NCBI GenBank assembly: GCA_965237905.1 | Contig: OZ250172.1 | Span: 1,088,001 to 1,152,000, forward strand | Length of the DNA stretch: 64,000 nucleotides | Direction of reading: 5' to 3' | From: Nitrospinaceae bacterium | GTDB taxonomy: Bacteria > Nitrospinota > Nitrospinia > Nitrospinales > Nitrospinaceae | Shown: positions 9,754 to 18,440 of the stretch, in pieces | Numbering within the stretch: the first letter of the stretch is position 1 | How the letters are laid out: every line of letters begins with the position of its first letter | The notes under the pieces: model-generated | What the model saw: the letters and a program-made list of their open reading frames with translations, nothing else | What the model was told of the DNA's origin: nothing | The model's database searches: none | Position numbers and translations under genes: made by a program

Positions 9754-9866
9754 ACCAGTAATCTCCTGGAAACATCCGCCATCAAATAAATTTGCCGAAA
9801 GCCCTCATACCTGCTAGCCTATTGAATATTAAAGACTAACTTACCCATTAGTAGGGAGGGTGCTGA

Positions 9867-10523
9867 ATGAAGCGCACAGCTATTGCTCTAATCCTTGTTT
9901 TAGCGGTTCTGCAATGTTCCGACGCCGATGCCCGGTCACGGTTAAAAACTAACACTGAAGAAGGTGCAATGAACGAATACGTCTTCTTTTACGGGGGAGC
10001 GAACTCTCCTCCGAACGCCGATATTACGTTTGCTGGTTTCCCGGAATTTGAACTTCACTTGGATAACGGTCTTGTCTTTGGTGGGGGCGTTGGCACCCAG
10101 TGGCACAATTTTCGCCTTGAAGGGGAAGTAGGCTACCGCTCCAACGATGTGTCTACAGAAGATTTAGCCGGCCTTGCCGAGTGGGATTTCAGTGCCATCA
10201 GTCTTATGGTAAACGTTTATTACGACCTCGATATCGGCCTTCCCGTGATACCTTTCGGGGGAGTGGGGGGAGGCTTTGCCCAGGTAAGATCGTTCGCCAA
10301 TGATGGGATAAATTCCCCGAAAGATAACGCTACCGTTCCTGCCTATCAATTCATGGCAGGTGCTATATTTGATTTCTCTGACAGGTTCTCTATTTTCGGA
10401 GCCTACCGGTATTTCAGGACTACTAAAGCGACTATTAACGAATTATTCCTCCCTCCGTTTCAATCGTTTGAAATAGAGTTTGTCAGCCAGGAAATTACGG
10501 CTGGGATTTTCTTCCGGTTCTGA
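9867..10523 (+). CDS. Outer-membrane beta-barrel protein #4
   Basis: Signal peptide, FRLEGEVGYR, LMVNVYYD, PFGGVGGG, AYQFMAG, ends GIFFRF; GGGAGG RBS. Confidence 0.85.
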   Translation: MKRTAIALILVLAVLQCSDADARSRLKTNTEEGAMNEYVFFYGGANSPPNADITFAGFPEFELHLDNGLVFGGGVGTQWHNFRLEGEVGYRSNDVSTEDLAGLAEWDFSAISLMVNVYYDLDIGLPVIPFGGVGGGFAQVRSFANDGINSPKDNATVPAYQFMAGAIFDFSDRFSIFGAYRYFRTTKATINELFLPPFQSFEIEFVSQEITAGIFFRF

Positions 10524-10538
10524 CGCTTTGCGGGCACA

Positions 10539-10672
10539 AACAAAAAAACCCAAGAGCCCAAAGGCTCCCGGGTTTTTTCTAAAACCGCCCGTCGAGGGGG
10601 GGATCAGGCGGTTTGTTCTTTAAGACGTTTCAATAGTCCTTCAAAAGATTCCTGCCGGATCACTTTTGTAAA
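10539..10672. repeat. Direct-repeat copy B (terminator plus genuine mlaC 3' end)
   Basis: Homologous to 9622-9753; includes hairpin AAAAAACCCAAGAGCC-CAAA-GGCTCCCGGGTTTTTT. Confidence 0.85.
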
Positions 10673-11302
10673 CTGGAAACGGTAGTTGCGGACCATGCTG
10701 ACTCCCTGCACCAGGAAATCATACACCCGCCACTCTTTGCCAACCCGCTTCAACTTGTAATAAATGGCAATCGTCCGATCCGGGCTCACAATGTTGGTCT
10801 TGATAAAGGCGTAATCGCCTTTGACCCGCTCGCTCAGAAAATGTACCTTGCCCCCCTGGAAATTTTCGATCATGTGCATATACGATTTTTCCAAAAGCTT
10901 TTTGAACAGACCGGTGAACTGTGTCTGCTCTTTCCGGGAGCGGCTGCTCCAAACATTATCCAGAGTGTGCATGGCCATCTGCCGAAAATCGAACCGTTGC
11001 CCGATCACCTTGCGTAAAGCCAGCCTGCGTGACCGACCGTCCTTCTTCATATTCTCGTCGGTCACAATTTCCAGAACCTGATCCACTGTCAGTTTCAAAT
11101 CGGTCGCGGCTTCGGAAAATCCGAAACCCGTCGTGCCCACCGCTGCTATTTTAATCGGCTCGGATTTGGAAATTTCTTTCTGGGGGGTGTCCGCTTTGGA
11201 CGCTACCGCATTTTTGGATAAAGTCAGGGAAGGTGTGATCAGCAAAAAAGAAAATGCAATGCTCACTAAATAAAATTTTTGGTTACTTCTGTTACTTCTC
11301 AT
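10604..11302 (-). CDS. mlaC: MlaC/Ttg2D-family periplasmic lipid-binding protein
   Basis: Signal peptide; FDFRQMA..TL..W, F..LF..LL..SY, WRVYDFLVQGVSMVRNYR.QF motifs. Confidence 0.8.
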   Translation of the reverse strand: MRSNRSNQKFYLVSIAFSFLLITPSLTLSKNAVASKADTPQKEISKSEPIKIAAVGTTGFGFSEAATDLKLTVDQVLEIVTDENMKKDGRSRRLALRKVIGQRFDFRQMAMHTLDNVWSSRSRKEQTQFTGLFKKLLEKSYMHMIENFQGGKVHFLSERVKGDYAFIKTNIVSPDRTIAIYYKLKRVGKEWRVYDFLVQGVSMVRNYRFQFTKVIRQESFEGLLKRLKEQTA

Positions 11303-11341
11303 GTGGGATACTCCCTCCTCACTGCTAGGTCCTTAATCTCT

Positions 11342-11357
11342 TGCACTCTTTATGCCA
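11342..11357 (-). promoter_or_regulatory. Putative sigma-54 (-24/-12) promoter for mlaC
   Basis: Minus strand TGGCATAAAGAGTGCA = GG-N10-GC, 40 nt upstream of the ATG, with an AT-rich tract further upstream. Confidence 0.6.
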
Positions 11358-11637
11358 CGCGGCGCAAGTTTTAGGTCGTAACAGCGCATGTCCTTCTAAA
11401 TCAAAATAAACATTACGATAAATCATTTGGCGTATTACTAATTTAACATGGAAAAAGAAGGTAAATCAACAAAATTTCACACATTTTTGGTCCCAATAAA
11501 GGCATTTTTGTATACACCCATGCTTAACACTTGATTTTATTGACCCAGGGATTTAATATTTTTTTGATGCCCTGTCAGGGAAACATAAAGAAGAGACATA
11601 ATTGGCTCTCCTCCCAACCCGGCCCCGATAAATCCAG

Positions 11638-11666
11638 TTGACAGCACCCGGCGAATTGAGAATAAT
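11638..11666 (+). promoter_or_regulatory. Putative sigma-70 promoter for the mobBA-moeA operon
   Basis: TTGACA-N17-AATAAT. Confidence 0.5.
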
Positions 11667-11755
11667 ACACATAATTTCCGATATTTGAATGGGTTAACGG
11701 GCTCCCTTGCACGGGCCGCGCCTATTTTTTTTTAAAGGGATAAGGGATTTCTGTT

Positions 11756-12883
11756 ATGGACCGGTACTGGGAAGGATTCAAAACCCCCTTCATCTGCTTC
11801 GCAGGATTTTCCGGCGTGGGCAAAACCACCCTGCTGGAACACATGATCCGCCGCTTTAAAGAAGACCGTATCCGCGTCGGTTATTACAAGCACGACGCCC
11901 ACCGGTTCCAGATGGATAAAAAGGGCAAGGACACCCAACGCGGCGCCGAGGCGGGAGCGGGCATCGTCACCATCAATGACCCCGAACATTGCGCCGTCAT
12001 CGCCGAAAATCCCTTCAAGAAGCGCACCATCACTCACGCGCTGGAGCAGTGCGACTGCATCCTGATCGAAGGCTACAAAAAATCGCCGTTCGACAAAATC
12101 GTGTTGCTCGACGCCGACGGCAAACTGCCTATCGCCGCCGATGATCCCGGCATCAAGGCCATCATTCATCAGGGCGTGGTCGATGACACCTCGTTCACGG
12201 AGCACGGCATTCCCCTGTTCCACCGCGACGAAGCCGATCAAATCTACCAATTCGTGAAAGATCACTTTTACAACAGCACCCGCCCACTGCTCGGCGGCGT
12301 GTTCATCGGCGGACAAAGCAAACGCATGGGCCAACCCAAGTTTTCGCTTTCCTACCAGGGCCAGTCGGAAACCGAGCGCATGGTGAATATGCTCTCCAAC
12401 TTCTGTGATCAGGTTTATCTCTCAGCCCGGCAGGAACAGGATCTCAGTGCCATCGGCGGCTTGCCGCAATGCGGGCGCATCAACGACGAACATTACGGCC
12501 TCGGCCCGGTGGGCGGGCTCGCCACATTGATGGGCACCCATCCCGAAAAGGCCTGGCTGATCACCGCCTGTGACATGCCGTTCCTTCAGGACGACGCCAT
12601 CGAACGCATCGTGAGCGAGCGCGATCCGCTCCGCTACGGAACCTGCTTTCTACAGAAAGGCGGGATCGGGGTGGAGCCGATGTGCGCCATCTACGAACCC
12701 AAGTTCATCACACCCCTGTTCGAGGCCTTATCGCGCCGCGAGTTATCCCTGACGCGCATCATCAACGACCTGCCGTTCAAACACGTAACCGTGACCCCAT
12801 CCGACCGGACGCATTTCACCAACGTCAATACCCCGGAAGAATACGAAGTCGCCCGCACGCAACGCGAGCAGGAGAATAAGTAA
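11756..12883 (+). CDS. mobAB: Bifunctional MobB-MobA fusion (molybdopterin-guanine dinucleotide biosynthesis)
   Basis: N-terminal P-loop GFSGVGKTT, KHDAH, ILIEGYK (MobB); C-terminal GGQSKRMG, GPVGGL, ACDMPFL, NVNTPEEY (MobA). Confidence 0.85.
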   Translation: MDRYWEGFKTPFICFAGFSGVGKTTLLEHMIRRFKEDRIRVGYYKHDAHRFQMDKKGKDTQRGAEAGAGIVTINDPEHCAVIAENPFKKRTITHALEQCDCILIEGYKKSPFDKIVLLDADGKLPIAADDPGIKAIIHQGVVDDTSFTEHGIPLFHRDEADQIYQFVKDHFYNSTRPLLGGVFIGGQSKRMGQPKFSLSYQGQSETERMVNMLSNFCDQVYLSARQEQDLSAIGGLPQCGRINDEHYGLGPVGGLATLMGTHPEKAWLITACDMPFLQDDAIERIVSERDPLRYGTCFLQKGGIGVEPMCAIYEPKFITPLFEALSRRELSLTRIINDLPFKHVTVTPSDRTHFTNVNTPEEYEVARTQREQENK

Positions 12884-14098
12884 ATGGCGATGATTCAGGT
12901 GAACGAGGCGCGGGAGATCATCCTCTCCAAAATAGCAACCAAGGGCGTCGAAAAAGTTCCTCTGGATGATGCCTTGGGACGCATTCTGGCCGAGGACATC
13001 GTGGCACAGCGCAGTAACCCGCCGATGGACAACTCCGCGATGGACGGTTACGCCGTCATCGCCGCCGACATCCAAACCGCGACACCCGACAATCCCGTAA
13101 AACTGGAAGTGGTGGGCAATGTCCCCGCCGGGTCGGTGGCTGAGGTCACACTGAAAAATAAACAAGCCATCCGCATCATGACCGGCGCGCCCATCCCAGA
13201 AGGAGCCGACGCGGTGTTGATGCAGGAGGACACCGATAAAAACGGCAACGGCATTCTCGCGAAAGATAAAGCCGAGACCGGCGAAAACATCCGCCTCGCC
13301 GGGGAAGACGTTAAAGTCGGCGATACCGTCATTCAGAAAGGCGTGGCCATCACCCCCTCCCAAATCGGGATGATGGCGGTGGTGGGCCGGTCCAACATCT
13401 ACGTCGGTCAGCGGCCGACAGTGGCCATCCTTTCCACCGGCGACGAAATTGTTGAACTGGACGGAAACCCGACGGGACCCTGCATCTACAACAGCAATGG
13501 CTATATGCTGGCGGCGCAGATTCGCTCCGCCGGGGGCATTCCCTGTTACCTCGGGGTCGCCAAAGATGACGAAAAAGATTTGATGGAAAAATTCGACTGG
13601 GCGCTGAAGTGCGACATCGTCGTTTCTTCCGGCGGTGTGTCGGTGGGCGATTACGATCTGGTCAAGTCCACCCTCGAAAAAATGGGAAACGACATGGCGT
13701 TCTGGAAAGTGGCGATGAAACCGGGCAAACCCCTCGCCTTCGGCAAAATCGGCGAGATACCGATTTTCGGCCTGCCGGGCAATCCCGTTTCATCCTTTGT
13801 TTCGTTCGAGCAGTTTGCGCGGCCCGCCATTAAAAAAATGATGGGCGCCAAAGAAATCCTGCCCCGGACCGTGCAGGCCAAGCTGACCCGCACGATCCAT
13901 AAAAAAACCGGTCGCCTGCATTTCATGAGCGCCGTGGTTTCGTGGGACAGCGGCGAGTACACCGTCGCCCCCGCCGAGGAACAGGGCTCGGGTGTCCTCA
14001 AATCCACCATCAACGCCAACGGCCTGCTGGTGTTTCCGCTGGAGAAAGACGAACTTAAAAACGGCGAGTTGGTGACCGTCCAACTTCTGGAGGTATGA
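12884..14098 (+). CDS. moeA: Molybdopterin molybdotransferase MoeA
   Basis: SAMDGYAV, RIMTGAPIP, STGDE, SGGVSVGDYD, MKPGKP, GLPGNPVS. Confidence 0.95.
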   Translation: MAMIQVNEAREIILSKIATKGVEKVPLDDALGRILAEDIVAQRSNPPMDNSAMDGYAVIAADIQTATPDNPVKLEVVGNVPAGSVAEVTLKNKQAIRIMTGAPIPEGADAVLMQEDTDKNGNGILAKDKAETGENIRLAGEDVKVGDTVIQKGVAITPSQIGMMAVVGRSNIYVGQRPTVAILSTGDEIVELDGNPTGPCIYNSNGYMLAAQIRSAGGIPCYLGVAKDDEKDLMEKFDWALKCDIVVSSGGVSVGDYDLVKSTLEKMGNDMAFWKVAMKPGKPLAFGKIGEIPIFGLPGNPVSSFVSFEQFARPAIKKMMGAKEILPRTVQAKLTRTIHKKTGRLHFMSAVVSWDSGEYTVAPAEEQGSGVLKSTINANGLLVFPLEKDELKNGELVTVQLLEV

Positions 14099-15969
14099 CA
14101 ATGCGCACTCCCCATTTCCGATCCATAATCGGACCTTTCTTCAAATTCTGGATTCCTTTAACGGCCCTGTTGATCGTTTTCAGCCAGGACGCACCGGCCG
14201 ACAACAGCGCGTCCGGCGTCGAGCGCATGGTCCGCCAGATTGAGACCCTGTTCCCGGTTCTGGAGGGGTACGTGCTTTCGGTGGAAGGCGACCGGGTAGC
14301 CATCGATCTCAAACGCGGCCAATCCGTTACAGCGGGCCAGACGCTCAAGTTGATCCGCTACGGAAAACCCATCACCCACCCCGTCACTAAAAAAATTGTG
14401 GGCCATGAGGAAACCGATCTGGGCCAGATCAAGGTACAAGAAGTGCGTAAGGATTACTCTCTCGCCCAAATCATCACCTCCGGCGTGCAGGCGCACAAAG
14501 GCGACGGCGTGCGCAGTCTCTTTAAGAAAGTAAACATTCTTGTGGCTCCCGTTCAGGCCGATCCCGGGGTACCGGGGAACCCGCAGGCGCTGGGCCTGGA
14601 AATCGAAACACAACTCAACAGTCACATCCGTTTCGAAGTGCCTGCGTTTGATCTGGGCATCTGGCTATTGGAAAACGAAGTTCCCCTGTCCTCCCTGACC
14701 CGGCTGGAAAACCTCCAACGCCTCCGCCAGAAAGTGACGGCAGACTCTATCCTGCTCACCCGGGTCCATTCCATCAAAGGTAAAACCGTTTTGAACTATC
14801 GTTTGGTGTCCTCGAGTGATGGCGGCGTATTGAAGGAAGCGCGCGTGTTGATCCCCTCTCTGCCGGTCGCCCAGGTGCCTTCGGCTTCAGGACAGAGCGT
14901 GCAGACCGATTTGCGGAGGGGAACAGGGCTGTTTGGTTTTGTCGGCAAACAGGATTTTGATTTTGAGCTGGTCGATTTTGCGGTGGGCGATCTGACGGGC
15001 AAGGGACACCAGGACTATGTCATCATCGACGACCATCGCATCATGATCTATCGATATCGAAACAACCGATTCAAAAAGGTCGGGCAGGTTAAATTGCAAG
15101 TAGGCGTTCATCGGTTTCTTTCCGTGGACGTGGCGGATATCAACGGCAACGGCCGGGACGAGATATTCGTGACCAATTCGCTGGGGGACAGTCTCAGCTC
15201 GTTTGTTCTGGAGGTGGTTCCGGGGAAAAAAGGACTGACCCGCACCTGGGAAAATGTGAACCGCTATTTCCGTGTCCTCCGTGATTTTGACGGCCCGCCC
15301 CTGCTGGTTTCCCAACGCCCCGGATTTGAGAAACCCTTTCAACCCGGAATCCAGAAAATGCACCCTGTAAGTGGTGGATATTCAGAGGAATCCGAGCTGG
15401 CCCTGCAGATGGGGGACTACCGGGGAATGATCCTGTATGGACTTGCTTTTGGGCAGGTCACACCTGCTAAAGGCAAGGAAACAATATTCCTTGACAGTGA
15501 TTATCATTTAAGAGTATATTCTCCCGGCGGTCGCCTTCTCGTAAGCTCGGACGAGTATTTCGGCCATGATCCTCGTATTATCGAAGTGGGGCTCAAAGAA
15601 CAGGTTGCCGGGACGTTCATTGACTATCCGGAGGCCCCCCAGCCGGTACACTTTAAAGGCAGGCTTCAGCTCATTCAGCACAACGCTCAAAAATATCTTT
15701 TAGTACCCAAGAATCACCGGACAGGAAACTTTCTTTCGCAACTGGTTATTGTCAAAAACAGCAGTCTGGCAGTCTTGGGCATCAACCGTGAAGGACTGAA
15801 AAAGATCTACGAAACCAAGAAACAAAGGGGATACCTCACGGCCTTTCAAGTGGTGGACACTGCAGACAAGAGGCAAAAACAGGTGCATGTGGCTCATGTC
15901 GCCGACCACGGGGGGTTTTTGGGCAGTAAAAAAATCAGCACGATCTACACCTACGCATGGGGTCAGTGA
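14095..15969 (+). CDS. Secreted FG-GAP/VCBS-repeat protein with an N-terminal FlgT-C-like domain
   Basis: Signal-like N-terminus; ITHPVTKKIVG..E..LGQIKV segment; repeats AVGDLTGKG and DVADINGNGRDEIFVT; ATGA overlap with the moeA stop. Confidence 0.65.
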   Translation: MTMRTPHFRSIIGPFFKFWIPLTALLIVFSQDAPADNSASGVERMVRQIETLFPVLEGYVLSVEGDRVAIDLKRGQSVTAGQTLKLIRYGKPITHPVTKKIVGHEETDLGQIKVQEVRKDYSLAQIITSGVQAHKGDGVRSLFKKVNILVAPVQADPGVPGNPQALGLEIETQLNSHIRFEVPAFDLGIWLLENEVPLSSLTRLENLQRLRQKVTADSILLTRVHSIKGKTVLNYRLVSSSDGGVLKEARVLIPSLPVAQVPSASGQSVQTDLRRGTGLFGFVGKQDFDFELVDFAVGDLTGKGHQDYVIIDDHRIMIYRYRNNRFKKVGQVKLQVGVHRFLSVDVADINGNGRDEIFVTNSLGDSLSSFVLEVVPGKKGLTRTWENVNRYFRVLRDFDGPPLLVSQRPGFEKPFQPGIQKMHPVSGGYSEESELALQMGDYRGMILYGLAFGQVTPAKGKETIFLDSDYHLRVYSPGGRLLVSSDEYFGHDPRIIEVGLKEQVAGTFIDYPEAPQPVHFKGRLQLIQHNAQKYLLVPKNHRTGNFLSQLVIVKNSSLAVLGINREGLKKIYETKKQRGYLTAFQVVDTADKRQKQVHVAHVADHGGFLGSKKISTIYTYAWGQ

Positions 15970-16161
15970 GAAGCTGTTCCTACACTATCTTGTGGTTGGT
16001 GAGGGAAAATCAAATAGTCCAACCCGAATTACTGTTTGAGTAATGCGTTTTTTGATAGGTTTTTTTGTAAAGTACTGTAATATTGATAGTTAGCCTGCAC
16101 GATATAAGGATTTAAGAAGTTTTTGATGTCTAATCTGGTTGATTACTTGGAGGAGGTAAGT

Positions 16162-17607
16162 ATGAGACGAAAATTTTTTACGGCCTTTGCTGGTGTGATT
16201 TCCTTTCTGACGATAGGAGCCATGACAGCGGATGCGGCAGAAATCACGTTTGGCGGACGCATTCGTCCGCGGTATGAGTATTGGAATTTTCAGAACGGTG
16301 CGGTAAATCAGGATGTCCAGTACATCGACGTGCTGACACGTCTGGAAGCCAAAGCCAAAATCAGCGACAACGCCAGCGCGTTCATTCAACTCCAGGCGAA
16401 CAGCCGTTGGGGTAGTGTGCCTAACACCGGCGGGGTTGGTGCGAACAACTTTGGGAGCCGGGCCAGTAATCCGCTGAGTGGTAACGACACCACGACGGAC
16501 GTCGGTATCCATCAGGCGTATTTTACTTTGAACAAGCTTTTTGGCGCGCCGGTAGACCTGAAATTGGGTCGCCAGGAAATCATCCTGGACGGGCATCGCC
16601 TGTTCGGTAACACGGTGTGGACTCAGGGTATGATGTCGCACGATGCGTTTATCCTGAACCACAGCCACGACAAGATGACCCTGAAGTTTATTTACAGTGC
16701 CAACGTTGAGCAATCCATAAGAGGCGGTGCCGGCGGTGCGTTCCCGGGTGCCTCCTCTGATGACGTGGATGACACAGAGACGTATGCTATCTGGGCCAAC
16801 TTTAAAGGTCTTGTAGGAGAAAACTCCTCCACTTCGGCTTATTTGGTATTAGTGGATGAAGATTGTAATTCGACTGCATGTCCGAATGCTGGTCTTGCCC
16901 CTGCTGGTACAAGCAATAGCGCCGATTTCTACACGGTCGGTGTTCGTCAGGCCGGTGGTTTCGGAGACATCAGCTATCGCGGTGAATTCTACTACCAGAT
17001 CGGCAAATCAGGTTTCAACGCAGTCCCAGTGAGCGGTGAAGTTGGTGATTTTAATGCTTTCATGTTCGGTCTGCGTGCCGGCTATAAGGCGAAAAACGTC
17101 GCCATGAAGCCCAGCGTCACACTGTGGTTCGACTACCTGAGTGGTACCGATGCTGCTGACATAGCCGTGGGTGACGTTAGCACCTTTAATACCTTGTTCG
17201 ACACCGGCCATAAATACTACGGTTTGCAGGACTTTTTCATTCATGGCAGTCTCGGCGGCCTGGGGACTCATCCCCGTGGTGGTTTGATCGATTATGCCAT
17301 CAAAATGTCCATTCAGCCGATGGCTAAAACCACTCTGAAAGCGGACTTCCATCTGTTCACGGTGGCGGAAGACGATGTCTGTGGTAACTGTACCGTGGGT
17401 GGCAGCAATCCCTCCACTCTGGGTAAGGAAGTCGACATCACTTTGGTGCACAAGTACAGTGCCAACACCACGATGAGTCTGGGTTATTCGCACATGTTCG
17501 CCAATGAGCTGTTGTCCAACTATAATGGTCAGTCACCCGGAGGAGTTCGCATTTCGAACTTCGAAGATTCGGACTGGCTGTATGTTATGCTCGACGTGAA
17601 GTTCTAA
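16162..17607 (+). CDS. Alginate-export (AlgE-like) family outer-membrane porin
   Basis: Strong GGAGGAGG RBS; signal peptide; G.IRPRYE, IHQAYF, LKLGRQEI.LDGHRLFG, FNTLFDTGHKYYG, GKEVDI; terminal Phe. Confidence 0.8.
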   Translation: MRRKFFTAFAGVISFLTIGAMTADAAEITFGGRIRPRYEYWNFQNGAVNQDVQYIDVLTRLEAKAKISDNASAFIQLQANSRWGSVPNTGGVGANNFGSRASNPLSGNDTTTDVGIHQAYFTLNKLFGAPVDLKLGRQEIILDGHRLFGNTVWTQGMMSHDAFILNHSHDKMTLKFIYSANVEQSIRGGAGGAFPGASSDDVDDTETYAIWANFKGLVGENSSTSAYLVLVDEDCNSTACPNAGLAPAGTSNSADFYTVGVRQAGGFGDISYRGEFYYQIGKSGFNAVPVSGEVGDFNAFMFGLRAGYKAKNVAMKPSVTLWFDYLSGTDAADIAVGDVSTFNTLFDTGHKYYGLQDFFIHGSLGGLGTHPRGGLIDYAIKMSIQPMAKTTLKADFHLFTVAEDDVCGNCTVGGSNPSTLGKEVDITLVHKYSANTTMSLGYSHMFANELLSNYNGQSPGGVRISNFEDSDWLYVMLDVKF

Positions 17608-17632
17608 TCACGTTTCATTGGTTTGTATTTCC

Positions 17633-17665
17633 ATCCCCGGGCGAAACTGCCCGGGGATTTTTTTT
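17633..17665 (+). terminator. Rho-independent terminator
   Basis: ATCCCCGGGC-GAAACT-GCCCGGGGAT followed by a T-run. Confidence 0.85.
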
Positions 17666-17751
17666 GCCTATTGCCCTCTTTTCCCACCCCCTTTCCTTCC
17701 GAAATTTCGATATAATGGCGGCATATAACCCAATCACTCTGGAGGTGGTTT

Positions 17752-18270
17752 ATGCGCATCCATAGAAAATATACAAGTCTGGTAACATTTCTGACCGGGT
17801 GCCTTCTACTGTGTTTTCTATACAGCCCCGCTTGGGCGGAGCCCGGCTCGAAGGCCGAACTGATGCTCCAAAAAAGGGACCCGTACCTTTACGGCTCCTG
17901 CGGGTGGTGCACCGACCTGTTCAGCCTGAAGGAAAATGATAACCGAAAGAATATAACGGTCAGCAATCTGGACACGCAAACCGGGTATTACCAGGTCGAT
18001 GTATCGGGGCCTGCCGGAACCACGGTGACGCTTTTCGGATCGAAAAACTATGGCCTGAAAAACGGGTATTTGATCCTGGTCAAAAAAGATGACCGCCCCA
18101 TTGCCGTGGAAGATATGGATGATCTGCCGCCGCGCCAGTGGGTGGATGTGGGGACTCCGGAAACCGGTATCTTTTCAGTGTGGTATCATCCTGCTTCCTA
18201 TTTCAAGGAACGCATCGCTTCGGTGCAATGGGGGCAATGGTGGACCGAACTGCCGCCCGCAAGTCAATAA
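17752..18270 (+). CDS. Secreted hypothetical protein with CGWC motif (copy A, intact)
   Basis: GGAGGT RBS; signal peptide ending PAWA-E; sequence conserved in paralog copy B. Confidence 0.8.
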   Translation: MRIHRKYTSLVTFLTGCLLLCFLYSPAWAEPGSKAELMLQKRDPYLYGSCGWCTDLFSLKENDNRKNITVSNLDTQTGYYQVDVSGPAGTTVTLFGSKNYGLKNGYLILVKKDDRPIAVEDMDDLPPRQWVDVGTPETGIFSVWYHPASYFKERIASVQWGQWWTELPPASQ

Positions 18271-18277
18271 GGACCTG

Positions 18278-18375
18278 ATGAAGCTGATGACGACCCTTCC
18301 CCGTTCCCCGTTCCCCGTTCCCTGGCCCTGGGCCTGATACTCACCCTCGCGTCGCCATCCCCTGCGCCTGCGGAG
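18278..18375 (+). pseudogene. 5' remnant of the SurA/PpiC gene, with a (TTCCCCG)3 expansion
   Basis: Matches 18970-19087 (MTTLPRS..LALGL.LTLA.P); heptamer repeat at 18297-18322 shifts the frame. Confidence 0.75.
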
Positions 18376-18440
18376 GCCGCTTTCATTTGGAAATTTCGAT
18401 ATAATGGCTGGATACAATGATTACAGCCTGAAGGTGGTTT

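Noticed and set aside
11667..11755. Moco riboswitch upstream of mobBA
   Set aside because: The leader is short and I see no recognisable multi-stem Moco motif; only an Rfam search could revive it.
11756..12883. MobB-MobA fusion as a novelty
   Set aside because: Fused MobA/MobB proteins are an already known architecture.
15982..15996. NrdR-box-like ACACTATCTTGTGGT upstream of the porin
   Set aside because: Appears two bases short of the usual box, single copy, and no ribonucleotide reductase gene nearby.
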